Source: a virus (lineage: Duplodnaviria; Caudoviricetes). From it: a DNA stretch of 64,000 nucleotides. Positions 63,740 through 64,000 of the stretch are shown piece by piece. The DNA is taken from IMG/VR virus record IMGVR_UViG_2870609773_000002, positions 15,181 to 79,180 of that record; one strand, written 5' to 3'. Positions within the stretch are counted from its first letter, which is position 1. The number at the start of each line of letters is the position of its first letter. Below the pieces are notes generated by a model that ran no database searches, was not told the origin of the DNA, and saw only the letters and a list, made by a program, of their open reading frames with translations. Made by a program: the position numbers and the translations under genes.

Positions 63740-64000
63740 ATGCACGCAGATCCCCAGATCAGCTACTCCAAGCCGCCCGTCGAGACCAAGGTCAAGGTCA
63801 TGGGCCTGACGGCCTACCTCGCTGGTGTCGCTGGCATGGCGGTGCTTCAGACGGTCGCTGACGACCCCAGCGTGATCGCGTTCCTGCCCGACTGGATCGA
63901 GGCGATCACGCTGCCGCTGGTGCCGACCGCGCTGGCGGCCGTGGCTGGCTTCAAGGCCAAGCACACGCCGCGGCCGGACCTTCCGGCTGACCAGCGATAG
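63740..64000 (+). CDS. Holin (actinophage type)
   Basis: AAGGAGG RBS; VETKVK, two TMs, AGF.AKHTPRP. Confidence 0.8.
   Translation: MHADPQISYSKPPVETKVKVMGLTAYLAGVAGMAVLQTVADDPSVIAFLPDWIEAITLPLVPTALAAVAGFKAKHTPRPDLPADQR

Larger units (their letters stand above)
1..64000. mobile_element. Interior of a temperate actinobacterial siphophage/prophage (possibly phage-plasmid); both ends lie outside the window
   Basis: Contiguous repressor, recombination, replication, terminase, portal, capsid, tail, endolysin and holin genes; no host housekeeping operon flanks. Confidence 0.95.

Noticed and set aside
1-64000. tRNA or rRNA genes, attL/attR host junctions, parA
   Set aside because: None recognised by eye; tRNAscan-SE and the flanking sequence would be needed to exclude them.

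Overview
The whole 64 kb window is the interior of one large temperate actinobacterial siphophage (or phage-plasmid). It is very GC-rich, and WhiB, TilS and tandem-GntR genes point to a filamentous actinomycete host. No host housekeeping operon, att junction, tRNA, rRNA or CRISPR array was recognised. From left to right it carries: accessory genes (TGT/DpdA-like, Mom/XF1762-like, HU, YkgJ, an intact host-type tilS, ParB-like, DEDDh exonuclease); a control region (tandem GntR, small secreted peptide, TrmB/LuxR-type regulator, XRE repressor); early recombination and replication genes (PD-(D/E)XK exonuclease, Gp3-like, RuvC, WhiB, HAD, SLOG, J-domain, initiator with internal iterons); a moron belt with a collagen-like surface protein and a Xer-type tyrosine recombinase beside a perfect dif-like site; a ParB/ABC-GNAT/ASCH cassette; packaging, head and tail genes, including a -1 frameshifted chaperone, a C5 methyltransferase wedged before the tape measure and two tandem paralogous tail-tip cassettes; and a lysis module holding a rodlin-like moron. 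The most notable observations are nine dispersed copies of a 22-bp palindrome, the dif-like site with its recombinase, a candidate peptide-signalling lysis/lysogeny module, the phage-borne tilS, and the twin tail modules preceded by a GGATGG-rich inverted-repeat island. Protein family calls come from motif recognition by eye; no database searches were run.
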